Source: Minisyncoccota bacterium
GTDB taxonomy: Bacteria > Patescibacteriota > Minisyncoccia > Phycocordibacterales > UBA2100
Length of the DNA: 57,643 nucleotides
Assembly: GCA_036517195.1 (NCBI GenBank)
Contig: DATDXU010000018.1
Span: 1-57,643, forward strand
Direction: 5' to 3'
Every line of letters starts with the position of its first letter. The first letter of the stretch is position 1. The notes under the pieces were generated by a model. That model had not been told where the DNA came from, did no database searches, and worked only from the letters and a program-made list of their open reading frames with translations. Position numbers and translations under genes: made by a program. This document shows positions 25,579 to 38,019 of this stretch, in pieces.

Positions 25579-26535
25579 ATGAAAAAGAAATATATTCCTT
25601 CGAGTCCGTCCTCGAATAGCTCGGCACATACCGAGCTTCCAAAGACACATATCCCAGTTCTTTTACAGGAAGTTATGACCGTGCTTTCGATTGCAAAAGA
25701 CGACATTGTCGTTGACGCAACGGTCGGAGGCATGGGGCACGCGCGCGAAATCCTATCTCGTCTTGGAAAAAGGGGCATGTTCATCGGGTTTGACGCAGAC
25801 GCAAGCGCACTAGAGCGGGCACGGAATACTCTCGCCACCCCACACCACACGGTGCGTTTGGTGAATGATAATTTCCGCACACTGGACACTCATCTTAAAG
25901 AACTCGGTGTTGTGGAGATTAATAAGGCACTGTTTGACCTAGGGTGGAATTCCGAACAACTTTTTTCCGGTAGAGGATTTTCTTTTCGGACTGATGAGCC
26001 GCTTGTGATGACATACGCGTCTGGAGCAACACATGATCTTATGGCGTCTACCATTGTGAACGAATGGAGCGAAGAGTCACTTGCCGATGTGTTCTTTGGG
26101 TTCGGAGAAGAGAGATACGCGAGACGCATTGCGCGTATGATAGTTGCACGAAGAGAAGAAAAACTTTTTACAACGGCGCGTGAACTGGCGGAAGCAATTC
26201 TGGAGTGCGTACCACCTGCATCCCGGAGGGGCAGGATACATCCGGCAACACGTGTATTTCAAGCATTGCGTATTGCCACGAACGATGAGCTCGGTGCTCT
26301 AGAGCGTGGACTTACCGAGGCATGGAAAGCTCTCTCGTTGTACGGAAGGATTGCAGTCATTTCATTTCACAGCGTAGAGGATCGTCTTGTGAAGCGTCTC
26401 ATGAAGAGTTTTGTGGAAGAGGGAGGCAGACTACTTTTCAAACGTCCTCTCACCGCCTCGGACGAGGAAGTTAGAAGCAATCCTCGTTCCAGAAGCGCAA
26501 AGTTGCGCGCAATCGAAAAGGTAGTTTCGCGGTAA
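25579..26535 (+). CDS. rsmH: 16S rRNA (cytosine1402-N4)-methyltransferase
   Basis: HIPVLLQEV, VDATVGGMGHA, FDLGWNSEQL, ISFHSVEDRLVK, NPRSRSAKLR. Confidence 0.9.
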   Translation: MKKKYIPSSPSSNSSAHTELPKTHIPVLLQEVMTVLSIAKDDIVVDATVGGMGHAREILSRLGKRGMFIGFDADASALERARNTLATPHHTVRLVNDNFRTLDTHLKELGVVEINKALFDLGWNSEQLFSGRGFSFRTDEPLVMTYASGATHDLMASTIVNEWSEESLADVFFGFGEERYARRIARMIVARREEKLFTTARELAEAILECVPPASRRGRIHPATRVFQALRIATNDELGALERGLTEAWKALSLYGRIAVISFHSVEDRLVKRLMKSFVEEGGRLLFKRPLTASDEEVRSNPRSRSAKLRAIEKVVSR

Positions 26536-26551
26536 TTTTTTCAAACACTAT

Positions 26552-26908
26552 ATGAAATTAACAACATTTTCAATACATGGATATTCTCCGTTTCTATCAA
26601 GGGAGTATCAGTGGGAGCGTTTTTTGCGTCGGTGGGGAATCGGCGGCCTACTTCTTTTGGTGATTGCGTATACATATTTCGTATCAGTATCTGTGTTTCT
26701 TGTTATAGAGCGCAAAGAAGCAACTCTCAAAACAGAGCACATATCTGCCGCCACGGCTTCTTTAGAACGTGATTTATTTTCAAAAATTGAAGCTCTTACG
26801 GAAAAATCAGGAAGCTCTCTTGGGTTGACTTCGATACCACACACGACGTATGTAGAAGACATATCGTCTGTTGTGGAGGCAGGGCTTTCAAAGATACAGG
26901 GACTATAA
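26552..26908 (+). CDS. ftsL: FtsL-like single-pass membrane protein
   Basis: Its position between rsmH and ftsI, with one TM helix followed by a coiled region. Confidence 0.5.
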   Translation: MKLTTFSIHGYSPFLSREYQWERFLRRWGIGGLLLLVIAYTYFVSVSVFLVIERKEATLKTEHISAATASLERDLFSKIEALTEKSGSSLGLTSIPHTTYVEDISSVVEAGLSKIQGL

Positions 26909-26915
26909 TGGAATA

Positions 26916-28628
26916 ATGAAATCAAATATACGGATACGCGCACGAGTGCTTTCCGGTTTTTTTATTTGTATTGCCCTTGTGCTTCTCGCGCGCTTGTATG
27001 TTGTACAAATCATAGATGGAGATGAGTACACCCAACACGCGCTCGGGCAGTATATAGAGACATCGCCTACCGCGGAAGACAGGGGCAGTATTTTTTTTAC
27101 TGACAAAGACGGAAATCTCGTAGCGTCTGCCGTTATGCAAAAGGGCTGGCGTGTTGCGATACGACCAAGCGATATTGTGGATGCAGAAGCAACGTATGCA
27201 GCGCTGAATGCAATCGTGCCGATAGACCGTGAGCGATTTTCGACGAGTGTCGCAAAACAGAACGATCCGTATGAAGAAATTGCGTTTCGCGTGTCAAATG
27301 AGGACGTGGTAACAATTCGCGCGCTCGAATTACCTGGGGTTATTTTTTCCGAGGATAGGTGGCGCGTATATCCAGCGGAAAAGCTTGCCGCACACGCGAT
27401 TGGTTTTTGGGGATTTGCTGGAGATGTGCGGCGGGGGGTGTATGGTCTTGAAAAATATTTTGATGACACGTTGTCGCGAGTGCAGGGTGGTCTTTACATA
27501 AATCCGTTTGCTGAACTTTTTACAAATATTGGAGCACTTCTTACGAGTGATCCGACCGAATATGCGGGCGATATCATCACCTCAATTGAACCGACGACAG
27601 AGGCGCGGATGGAAGAAGTATTGGATTCTATTATGAAGACGTATCTTCCACGACAGGCAGGTGGCATTATTATGGACCCGAAAACGGGAGAAATTATTGC
27701 GTTTGCTGTGCGTCCCGCATTTGACCCGAATACCTACAATACCCTTGAGGACGTTGCAATTTTCAGCAATCCATTGGTAGAAAATATTTATGAAATGGGC
27801 TCCATCATGAAGCCGCTTACTATGGCTTCGGGGATAGATGCTGGCGCCATTTCTCCGGATACAACATACCGAGATGAAGGATTCATTATGAAAAGTGGCA
27901 AGAAGATTTCAAACTTTGATGGAAAGGGTAGGGGGGTTGTGTCTATGCAGGAGGTGCTCAATCAATCCCTCAACACAGGTGCCTCGTTCGTCGTTGATAC
28001 TATGGGCCATGATGTTTTTGCCACGTATATTGACGCGACGGGGTTAGGAAAGGAAACGGGTATTGATGTGCCAAACGAGGCGCGCGGGTTGCTCGGAGCA
28101 CTGTCTGAAGGTACGGATGTTGATTACGCGAGTGCTTCATTCGGGCAAGGGATTGCGACTTCTCCAATTGCAATGACACGGGCACTCGCATCACTTGCAA
28201 ATGAAGGTATGCTTCCAGAGCCGCACATCGTGCGTGCTGTTAGGTTGAAAAGTGGTATTGTACGTACAGTTTCAAGAGAGTCCCGCGAGCGTTTCGTAAC
28301 AGCAGAAACAGCAGAAACAGTAACGCGCATGCTTTCCGAAGTATTTGATGACGCGCTGTTGGGCGGTGTTTTAAAACAGCAGCATTACTCTATAGCGGCA
28401 AAAACGGGGACAGCGCAGATAGCAAACCCTTCTGGCGGAGGATATTACGCGGACCGTTTTCTCCACTCATTTTTTGGATACCTTCCTGCGTATGAGCCTC
28501 GGTTTATTGTGTTTTTATATGCGCTCGAACCTCAAAAGGAAAAATATGCGTCTGGTACGCTCGCGCGACCATTCCTAGACATTGCAAAATTTCTCATTAA
28601 TTATTACGACATACCGCCAGATAGATAA
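26916..28628 (+). CDS. ftsI: penicillin-binding protein 2 / FtsI transpeptidase
   Basis: N-terminal TM anchor, a dimerisation domain, then SIMKP (SxxK), SLN (SxN) and KTGTA (KTG). Confidence 0.9.
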   Translation: MKSNIRIRARVLSGFFICIALVLLARLYVVQIIDGDEYTQHALGQYIETSPTAEDRGSIFFTDKDGNLVASAVMQKGWRVAIRPSDIVDAEATYAALNAIVPIDRERFSTSVAKQNDPYEEIAFRVSNEDVVTIRALELPGVIFSEDRWRVYPAEKLAAHAIGFWGFAGDVRRGVYGLEKYFDDTLSRVQGGLYINPFAELFTNIGALLTSDPTEYAGDIITSIEPTTEARMEEVLDSIMKTYLPRQAGGIIMDPKTGEIIAFAVRPAFDPNTYNTLEDVAIFSNPLVENIYEMGSIMKPLTMASGIDAGAISPDTTYRDEGFIMKSGKKISNFDGKGRGVVSMQEVLNQSLNTGASFVVDTMGHDVFATYIDATGLGKETGIDVPNEARGLLGALSEGTDVDYASASFGQGIATSPIAMTRALASLANEGMLPEPHIVRAVRLKSGIVRTVSRESRERFVTAETAETVTRMLSEVFDDALLGGVLKQQHYSIAAKTGTAQIANPSGGGYYADRFLHSFFGYLPAYEPRFIVFLYALEPQKEKYASGTLARPFLDIAKFLINYYDIPPDR

Positions 28629-28655
28629 TGGATACATATAGCTTTCCAGTTACCT

Positions 28656-29945
28656 ATGAAGAACAGTATAAAAAATAGTATTGTATTTATTTTAACGCTT
28701 GAGGCGCGTCTGGTGTTGTGGCGCCACCGTCCCACAGTTATCGCGGTTACGGGTAATATCGGTAAAACAACCACCAAGGATGCTATCTATGCTGCACTTT
28801 CTGTATCCTTGTATGCGCGAAAGAGTGAAAAAAGTTACAACAGTGAGTTTGGCGTACCGCTCGCAATTCTGGGGTGTCGCAGTGGATGGAACAATCCCTT
28901 GCGCTGGGTTGAAGCCATGGCACGTGGAGTGCTTGCAGTCGTGTCTCCTCACTACCCGAAATATTTAATTGTGGAAGTCGGCGCAGACAGGCCCGGGGAT
29001 ATACGACGTATTGCGGGGTGGCTACGCCCGCATGTCGTCGTTATGACGCAAGTCCCCGCTCTGCCAGTTCATGTGGAGTTTTTTGATTCACCAGAAGCGC
29101 TCATACATGAAAAATGCGCTCTCGTGGAAGCTCTGCGACCAGGTGGGATTGTCGTTGCGAACGGAGACGATTCTCGCATGCTTTCTTTGTGCAAAGAGCG
29201 TGCTTCGAATGTAGTGACGTATGGTTTTGATGGTGTGAACGATCTACAGGGGTCACATGAAGATATTGAATATGCGCACTATGCGCCAATCGGAATCAGG
29301 TTTCGAGCCAATCGGCACGGTGCCTCTGTGCCAGTTTTTTTGCGAGAGGTTTTAGGGAGACCTGTGGCATACGCATCGTTAGCCGCAATTGCTGTCGGTG
29401 AATTGTATGGCATTGACCTTGCCTCTGCTTCAAACGCACTTTCTCTATGGCACACCCCCCCTGGGCGCATGAAAATTATCTCTGGAGTGCGCGGTTCAAC
29501 GATTATTGATGACACATACAACGCGAGTCCGGAGGCGGTGCTTTCGGCGCTCGACACATTGAAAAAAATTGAAGCGAAACGCCGTATTGTAATTGTGGGG
29601 GACATGTTGGAGCTCGGGATGCTGAGTGCCGAAGCACACGCGAATGTAGGGAAGCGCGTCGCCGGATGTGCCGACATGCTTATTACTGTGGGGTTTCGAG
29701 CTCGCAAAATTGCCGAATCCGCACTGGACGCCGGCATGAGAGATATGCAGATACAGCAGTATGAACATTCTGAAGCAGAACGCGCGGGGCGTGAAATTGA
29801 AAAAGAATTGTCAGAAGGAGATGTGGTGTTGATTAAAGGTTCACAGTCAATGCGCATGGAGCGCACGGTGTTAGAAATTATGGCAGAGCCACAGCGCGCT
29901 GAAGAATTGCTGGTGCGACAGGATGAAGAATGGCTCGCAATATAA
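28656..29945 (+). CDS. murF: UDP-N-acetylmuramoyl-tripeptide--D-alanyl-D-alanine ligase
   Basis: AVTGNIGKTTTKD, VEVGADRPGD, IDDTYNASPEA, VLIKGSQSMRME. Confidence 0.85.
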   Translation: MKNSIKNSIVFILTLEARLVLWRHRPTVIAVTGNIGKTTTKDAIYAALSVSLYARKSEKSYNSEFGVPLAILGCRSGWNNPLRWVEAMARGVLAVVSPHYPKYLIVEVGADRPGDIRRIAGWLRPHVVVMTQVPALPVHVEFFDSPEALIHEKCALVEALRPGGIVVANGDDSRMLSLCKERASNVVTYGFDGVNDLQGSHEDIEYAHYAPIGIRFRANRHGASVPVFLREVLGRPVAYASLAAIAVGELYGIDLASASNALSLWHTPPGRMKIISGVRGSTIIDDTYNASPEAVLSALDTLKKIEAKRRIVIVGDMLELGMLSAEAHANVGKRVAGCADMLITVGFRARKIAESALDAGMRDMQIQQYEHSEAERAGREIEKELSEGDVVLIKGSQSMRMERTVLEIMAEPQRAEELLVRQDEEWLAI

Positions 29946-29982
29946 ATTAAAAATATATTTCTTCCTACCAAGTTTCTGAATG

Positions 29983-30132
29983 TGACCCTACGGGGAATCG
30001 GCGCAGCTCACTAAGATTTCTGTTCGTGCTTCGCGCTCCATAAATCTAAGTGGCTCCTGCCCTGGCTCGGCGTTCCCACTCGCTTCGCTCACGGGAGCCC
30101 TGCGCCTCCGCCTTTCGATTTCCCGTAAGATC
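29983..30132 (-). repeat. tRNA-3'-end-mimic structured repeat downstream of tRNA-Glu
   Basis: 29983-30000 (TGACCCTACGGGGAATCG) is identical to 30181-30198, the 3' end of tRNA-Glu. The other end, TTCGATTTCCCGTAAGATC, is its imperfect inverted copy. The interior is GC-rich and self-complementary. Confidence 0.85.
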
Positions 30133-30180
30133 TAAAAAAATATAATCACCCAACACTTCGTGTCGGTCTCATTATTTTTT

Positions 30181-30252
30181 TGACCCTACGGGGAATCGAA
30201 CCCCGCTTTCGACCTTGAGAAGGTCGCGTCCTAGCCGATAGACGATAGGGCC
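30181..30252 (-). tRNA. tRNA-Glu (anticodon CTC)
   Basis: Reverse complement GGCCCTATCGTCTATCGGCTAGGACGCGACCTTCTCAAGGTCGAAAGCGGGGTTCGATTCCCCGTAGGGTCA. Anticodon loop TTCTCAA. Confidence 0.9.
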
Positions 30253-30328
30253 GTATTGGTGAGTATAAAATATATTTGGTTTGGCTCCAATGTTAAAAAA
30301 AGGACGGTCCTTTGCAAAAGTGTGTCAA

Positions 30329-30361
30329 CAAAAAAGAAAGTCGCCCGCAGGAGGGGCGACT
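30329..30361 (-). terminator. rho-independent terminator of the Zn-ribbon gene
   Basis: GTCGCCC/GGGCGAC stem. The A-run on plus becomes a T-run on minus. Confidence 0.6.
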
Positions 30362-30373
30362 GAGCCATCTTTT

Positions 30374-30808
30374 TCAATGTGCCACATCAGCGTAGGCGCT
30401 TAAAAGAGCGTATTCTTTCTGGTTACAGTACTTCTTATAACGCTTGAGTTTTTGTCTGGAGATTTGTCTCCATTCCGCAGGGGTCATAGCGTTTGGTTCA
30501 TTGGTGATTGCGAACGGCCGTTCCTTAGGTGTGCAAGAATGTTGCATTGTGACCATAAAGCTGTGAATCGTATCGATGTTTCCCCGAGAAAGTTTTCGCA
30601 TTTTCTGAAGTTGTCTTTTCGCAAGTTCAGTCCTTCTATACCACGCCAGATTTAACATTTCTCCTGATCGCATACCGCGAGAGATAGCATTCCTACATTT
30701 TTCACAATAGTGAGAATCAGGGAACACTTGTTCATCGGGTCGGTGGGACAGTGAATAGCAATATTTCCCACATCCATCGCAATGAATATCGGGGCGACGA
30801 TTTGTCAA
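30374..30808 (-). CDS. hypothetical zinc-ribbon protein (TTG start)
   Basis: CDGCGK...CEKC cysteine pairs. AGGAG lies 7 nt before the TTG. Confidence 0.45.
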   Translation of the reverse strand: MTNRRPDIHCDGCGKYCYSLSHRPDEQVFPDSHYCEKCRNAISRGMRSGEMLNLAWYRRTELAKRQLQKMRKLSRGNIDTIHSFMVTMQHSCTPKERPFAITNEPNAMTPAEWRQISRQKLKRYKKYCNQKEYALLSAYADVAH

Positions 30809-30889
30809 GGAGTTTCTCCTGTATGGGGTGTTTTGCCTAGAGGCAAGGTATCACAGGACGGTCCGTGCCGTCCAGTTGTTTGTTCGGTG

Positions 30890-31180
30890 CTATTTTCGCT
30901 TTTTAGTATCCCGATCATTGGGGATGTTTCCCAGAGGAATTTTTGTTGATATCCAAAGGATAAAAGTGCCGGCGCTCCCGCTTGCAACACATATCCAAAA
31001 AAGATCATGTACAAGATTATTTTCTTCGGGGATGTTCGCGTTAAATGTCATGCCAAACACGGAATGTAGTATGAGTGCAATGGCACACCCGAGAGAAAGT
31101 CCGAGAAGTGGAAAACCAAAAAGGGCTAAAAGGCAATAGAGGAGTTTGTTTTTGCCGTAGGGGTCTTCTTCGCTAAACAT
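30890..31180 (-). CDS. hypothetical membrane protein (96 aa)
   Basis: Two hydrophobic helices and a basic tail. Confidence 0.4.
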   Translation of the reverse strand: MFSEEDPYGKNKLLYCLLALFGFPLLGLSLGCAIALILHSVFGMTFNANIPEENNLVHDLFWICVASGSAGTFILWISTKIPLGNIPNDRDTKKRK

Positions 31181-31241
31181 TGTGTGACTCCGCGTGTTTT
31201 CTCATTACTCTATTTTTTAGTGTACCACGTTCACCTTCGTG

Positions 31242-31250
31242 TGCTAGAAT
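31242..31250 (+). promoter_or_regulatory. extended -10 box TGCTAGAAT of the atp operon
   Basis: It lies 12 nt before the atpB ATG. Confidence 0.4.
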
Positions 31251-31262
31251 GGCGCAATCTTT

Positions 31263-32000
31263 ATGAATGACGGGATTCATGTTGCGCTTGCGGCAGAGAA
31301 ACTGGGTACATTTCTCGGTGTTCCCATCACGAACACGCTTATTACAAGCTGGATTGTCGTCGCCCTTCTTGTCGTTCTCGCAATTTATTTCGGAAGTCGC
31401 TTGAAGATTATTCCAGGGCGCGTGCAAACAACTCTGGAATTGTTGTTCGGTTTTGTGTACGACTATATTACAGAAACGCTTGAAAGCAGAAAGTTGGCGC
31501 AGGCGTTTTTTCCTCTTCTCGTTACGCTGTTTTTATTTATTCTGACGGCAAATTTGCTTGAGTTTACCCCAGGCATCGGGTCGGTGGGATTTTTCCACGA
31601 GGAGGAATTTGCGCCACTGTTCCGCAGTGTGAATACGGACCTGAACGTAACGCTCGCGCTCGCGGCAATTGCCTTCGTTGTGATTGAGATAACCGGAGTT
31701 GTTGTGTTGGGTTTCAAAAAATATCTTGGAAAATTTTTCAATATTCATTCCGGCATCGGGTTTGTGGTTGGCATCATTGACCTTTTTAGCGAACTCGCGC
31801 GTCTCATTTCATTTTCATTTCGTCTTTTTGGCAATATTATTGCGGGAGAAATACTCATCCTTGTTGCCGTGTACTTTGTGCCCTACATTGCCCCCGTGCC
31901 CCTCATGGCGTTTGAGGTTTTCGTCGGCTTTATCCAAGCGGCAATATTTTCCGTTCTGACACTTTTCTTTATAAAACTCGCAATTGCGGAGGCGCACTAA
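31263..32000 (+). CDS. atpB: F0F1 ATP synthase subunit a
   Basis: LFILTANLLEFTPG and SFSFRLFGNIIAGEIL (conserved Arg). Confidence 0.9.
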   Translation: MNDGIHVALAAEKLGTFLGVPITNTLITSWIVVALLVVLAIYFGSRLKIIPGRVQTTLELLFGFVYDYITETLESRKLAQAFFPLLVTLFLFILTANLLEFTPGIGSVGFFHEEEFAPLFRSVNTDLNVTLALAAIAFVVIEITGVVVLGFKKYLGKFFNIHSGIGFVVGIIDLFSELARLISFSFRLFGNIIAGEILILVAVYFVPYIAPVPLMAFEVFVGFIQAAIFSVLTLFFIKLAIAEAH

Positions 32001-32001
32001 C

Positions 32002-32430
32002 CTAGTCGTTGTATTCGTTTGCTTCCAGTTTTCTCAATTTTTCGCAATACGCTTCTGCTAGCATCACAAAGTGCGGGGGGTTCGCATCCCAATTTTTTTT
32101 ATCTGAACCCTTGAGTGCTTTCATCAGCTCCATTCTTGAATACTTCGCATACTGCGCGCTGATGCGCACTATATCTTTCAGTGTAGCATCCCACGCATCG
32201 CTTTCCCGCAAAGATGCGTCCAGCAGTATATCTTTCACAATATCTTCAACTTTTTTAATTTCTGGATTGTCAGAATTAAACTTCGGAAGGTGTATTGGTG
32301 TTTCTTTTTTATTGTCGTTAGCAAAAGGTTGTTTCGGTTGTATGAACTTCCTTAAATCAACAACATTCTCTGGCGGGGTGGTTTTTTGGCGTCTGCGTCG
32401 CTCGTCATTGAAATTAATCAGGTCTCCCAT
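32002..32430 (-). CDS. hypothetical soluble protein on the opposite strand, inside the atp operon
   Basis: A 142-148 aa charged, helical-looking ORF. GAGG lies 12 nt before the ATG at 32430 (the ORF opens with GTG at 32448). It fills the atpB-atpE gap almost exactly. Confidence 0.45.
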   Translation of the reverse strand: MGDLINFNDERRRRQKTTPPENVVDLRKFIQPKQPFANDNKKETPIHLPKFNSDNPEIKKVEDIVKDILLDASLRESDAWDATLKDIVRISAQYAKYSRMELMKALKGSDKKNWDANPPHFVMLAEAYCEKLRKLEANEYND

Positions 32431-32561
32431 TGGAGAAGTATACCTCACTTGTTTGCAGAATATTGTTCAGAGTCAGATAGTGGGGGACAGCATTTGGGCA
32501 GTGTCAATACGGCGTACCACGAAAACACGTGCTAAAATTCTCACATTATTATTTATTTTAA

Positions 32562-32810
<249 letters not shown>

Positions 32811-32827
32811 GCTAGCTACTAGGGACT

Positions 32828-32848
32828 AGCTTCTAGGTTCTAGAAGCT
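32828..32848 (+). other. perfect 9-bp stem-loop in the atpE-atpF spacer
   Basis: AGCTTCTAG-GTT-CTAGAAGCT within a CTAG-rich 66-nt spacer. Confidence 0.6.
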
Positions 32849-32876
32849 GGAAACTAGAAACTGAAAACTAGAAGCT

Positions 32877-33320
32877 ATGCAAGAACTCGTTGAAACATTC
32901 GGCATCAATTGGAAACTCCTGCTCATTCAGGGAATTAATTTTGGATTGCTCATGGTTCTTTTGTGGTATTTTTTGTACCGCCCAGTATTGAACATGATAG
33001 ATGCGCGACGAGAAAAAATAGCGAGTGGTGTACGTAATGCGGAAGAGGCGAGTCGCAAGTTGAGTGTTGCGGAAAGTGAAGGAAGTGCGATTGTCGGAAA
33101 AGCGTCGCGAGATGCTGAGGATATTGTCGCGACCGCACGTGTGCGTGCAGAAGAAAAAGAGGCGTTGTTGATTAAAACGGCGGAAGAGCGCGCGGCGTCT
33201 CTCTTGTCCGAAGTCAAGGCGCGGGCAGGTGAAGAAAGGAGGCAGGTGCTTGCCTCTGCTGAACAAGATATAGCGAGAGCGGCAGTATTGGCGGCTGAGA
33301 AGATTTTAAAAAACTCATAG
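32877..33320 (+). CDS. atpF: F0F1 ATP synthase subunit b
   Basis: An N-terminal TM helix, then a long charged helix (YRPVLNMIDARREKI). Confidence 0.85.
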   Translation: MQELVETFGINWKLLLIQGINFGLLMVLLWYFLYRPVLNMIDARREKIASGVRNAEEASRKLSVAESEGSAIVGKASRDAEDIVATARVRAEEKEALLIKTAEERAASLLSEVKARAGEERRQVLASAEQDIARAAVLAAEKILKNS

Positions 33321-33331
33321 GTATGATGGAT

Positions 33332-33449
33332 CCCGTTAGAAGTCGCAGAAGTTTAGGAAATACTATGATATCGTTGGTTTTCACTATGGGTAGGACAATT
33401 ATAAGCTCTAATTTCGAGTCGGAAGCGCAAGCTTCTTACTTCTAACGGG
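33332..33449. repeat. 118-bp spacer element bounded by 12-bp inverted repeats
   Basis: CCCGTTAGAAGT (33332-33343) and ACTTCTAACGGG (33438-33449). The latter abuts the atpH ATG. Confidence 0.7.
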
Positions 33450-33833
33450 ATGGAACACGCATACGCAAAAGCATTGGTGTTTGTGATAGAGAGGGGGGGA
33501 AAGCCCCTCGCCTCTGTTCGTTCATTGGTGCGTGTGCTGGAGAGAGAGGGGCGCATGGCACTTTTGCCAAGAATCGTACACGCTTTTAAGCGTCTCGCTG
33601 CGACAGACAGCGTACGAAACTCCGTTGTTTTATCTTTTGCGAAAAAAAATACGCGCGTTAGTAGAAAAATGCGTGAAGCGTTACGTGAGCTTGGTGTTGC
33701 CAAAAAGGACGTGCGCGTTGAAGTGGATCCGACACTGATCGGCGGTTGGCGACTTGAGGGAAGGGGGACACTCGTTGATGTGAGTTACAAAAAAGCACTA
33801 CTTGATATATACAGGGCGACCGTTGCACAATAG
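33450..33833 (+). CDS. atpH: F0F1 ATP synthase subunit delta (short, 127 aa)
   Basis: C-terminal [26 protein letters not shown] is an OSCP signature. The N-terminal domain is shortened. Confidence 0.75.
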   Translation: MEHAYAKALVFVIERGGKPLASVRSLVRVLEREGRMALLPRIVHAFKRLAATDSVRNSVVLSFAKKNTRVSRKMREALRELGVAKKDVRVEVDPTLIGGWRLEGRGTLVDVSYKKALLDIYRATVAQ

Positions 33834-33844
33834 ACACTCTACCT

Positions 33845-35407
33845 ATGAATCCATCAACTGTTCAAAAAATAATAAAAGAAATTGAATCATATACTCCGCG
33901 CACAGCGCATGTGAGTGTGGGCACCGTGAGTGCGGTTGGGGATGGAGTTGTGACCATAGACGGACTGAAAGGCGCCGTTATGGGAGAGATGCTTCTTTTT
34001 GAAGAAACAAAAGGGAAAACTCTTGAAGAAGGAACAAAGCAAGGAGCACCTCTGTATGGGCTCATTTTAAACTTGGAAGAAGATAGTGTGCGTGCGACTC
34101 TTTTGGGGGATGTTGCACGAGTGTATGAAGGCATGACGGTGGAATCCACGGGACGTATTCTTTCTGTTCCGTCTGGCGAAGAAGTTCTTGGACGTGTTGT
34201 AAACGCGCTTGGAGAGCCGATTGACGGGAAGGGGCCTTTTAAAAAAGTAACAATGATGCCAGTCGAGCGTGAATCGTACGGCGTTATTGACCGTAAATCC
34301 GTATCGGTGCCACTCCAAACTGGCATTAAGGCAATTGACTCCATGATTCCAATCGGACGAGGTCAACGCGAGCTTATCATCGGAGACCGTGGAACAGGCA
34401 AAACGACAATCGCGATTGATACCATCATAAGCCAACGCAATGAGCCGAAAGAAAAACGTCCCGTGTGTATTTATGTCGCAATCGGACAGAAAGAATCAAA
34501 AACGGCGCGCATCGTCGCGCACTTGCGGGAAAAAGACGCACTTTCGTACACGATAGTAGTGGATGCACCCGCTTCCGCCCCCGCCGCGCTCCAGTATTTG
34601 GCACCGTTCACTGGAGCCGCAATCGGTGAATATTTTATGGACCGCGGACGCGATGTGCTTGTGATATATGACGATCTTTCAAAACAGGCAGTTGCATACC
34701 GTCAACTCTCACTTCTTCTCCGCCGTCCGCCCGGACGCGAAGCATATCCGGGAGACATTTTCTACCTCCACTCGCGTCTTTTGGAACGCGCGGCGTGTCT
34801 TTCAAAAGAAAAAGGCGGCGGCACCCTGACGGCACTTCCGATTATCGAAACGCAAGACGGTGATGTGTCCGGATATATTCCAACGAATGTCATTTCCATC
34901 ACTGACGGACAAATTTTTCTTGATACATCCTTATTCAACAAAGGCGTGCGTCCTGCAATCGATGTTGGTATTTCAGTGTCCCGCGTTGGCTCAAGCGCGC
35001 AGACAAAAGCGATGAAATCTGTTGCGGGGACACTTCGTCTTGAACTTGCGCAATTTCGCGAACTGGAGAGTTTTATGCAATTTGCGCAAGATTTGGATAA
35101 AGCGACTGCAGAGCGCATTGAGTCGGGGCGGCGCATGGTGGAGGTTTTGAAGCAGGGAAACGGTGTTCCAATGCCTCTCGCGCAGCAAGTTGTGATTTTG
35201 TATGCGGCAGTAAACAAGTTCTTTATAGAGGTACCTGTTGCGCGCGTGCGCGAGTGTGAGGCAAAACTTCTTGAATTTTTCGATGCGTCATATTCAAAAA
35301 TATTGGAGGAGATCAAAACGACAGGAGCCGTATCAGACGAACTCAAAAAAACTCTCTCGTTGGCGTTACAGAAATTTAAAGGCGCGCACGGGGAATTGTT
35401 CACATAA
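33845..35407 (+). CDS. atpA: F0F1 ATP synthase subunit alpha
   Basis: [41 protein letters not shown]. Confidence 0.95.
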   Translation: MNPSTVQKIIKEIESYTPRTAHVSVGTVSAVGDGVVTIDGLKGAVMGEMLLFEETKGKTLEEGTKQGAPLYGLILNLEEDSVRATLLGDVARVYEGMTVESTGRILSVPSGEEVLGRVVNALGEPIDGKGPFKKVTMMPVERESYGVIDRKSVSVPLQTGIKAIDSMIPIGRGQRELIIGDRGTGKTTIAIDTIISQRNEPKEKRPVCIYVAIGQKESKTARIVAHLREKDALSYTIVVDAPASAPAALQYLAPFTGAAIGEYFMDRGRDVLVIYDDLSKQAVAYRQLSLLLRRPPGREAYPGDIFYLHSRLLERAACLSKEKGGGTLTALPIIETQDGDVSGYIPTNVISITDGQIFLDTSLFNKGVRPAIDVGISVSRVGSSAQTKAMKSVAGTLRLELAQFRELESFMQFAQDLDKATAERIESGRRMVEVLKQGNGVPMPLAQQVVILYAAVNKFFIEVPVARVRECEAKLLEFFDASYSKILEEIKTTGAVSDELKKTLSLALQKFKGAHGELFT

Positions 35408-35416
35408 AATCACATC

Positions 35417-37745
<2,329 letters not shown>

Positions 37746-37746
<1 letters not shown>

Positions 37747-38000
37747 TGGATATGGCGTCTAACACTTTTCATCTCACGATTGCCTCCGTTGGTGAGCAGT
37801 TGTTTGACGGCGGAGTGTCTTCGGCGACATTCCCCGGCGCAGAGGGCGAATTGACTGTTTTGGCTCACCATGAGCCCCTCGTAACGACCTTGGCAGGTGG
37901 CACCATTACTGTGCGTTCTGAAGGCGCAGAGGCACGGGAGTTTTCTGTCAAAAGTGGCATTCTTGAAATTTCCGGCAACAGAGCGGTAGTGTTGTTGTAG
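37746..38000 (+). CDS. atpC: F0F1 ATP synthase subunit epsilon, beta-sandwich domain only (84 aa)
   Basis: FPGAEGELTVLAHHEPLVTTL. There is no C-terminal helical hairpin. The start is GTG 37746 or ATG 37752. Confidence 0.8.
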
Positions 38001-38019
38001 CAACTGTGTCTCAAAATTT

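Noticed and set aside
29983-30252. Integrated mobile genetic element or prophage at tRNA-Glu (attL/attR from the 18-nt direct repeat)
   Set aside because: Only about 180 bp separate the repeats. There is no integrase or cargo, and the same architecture recurs at tRNA-Leu with Leu-specific ends.
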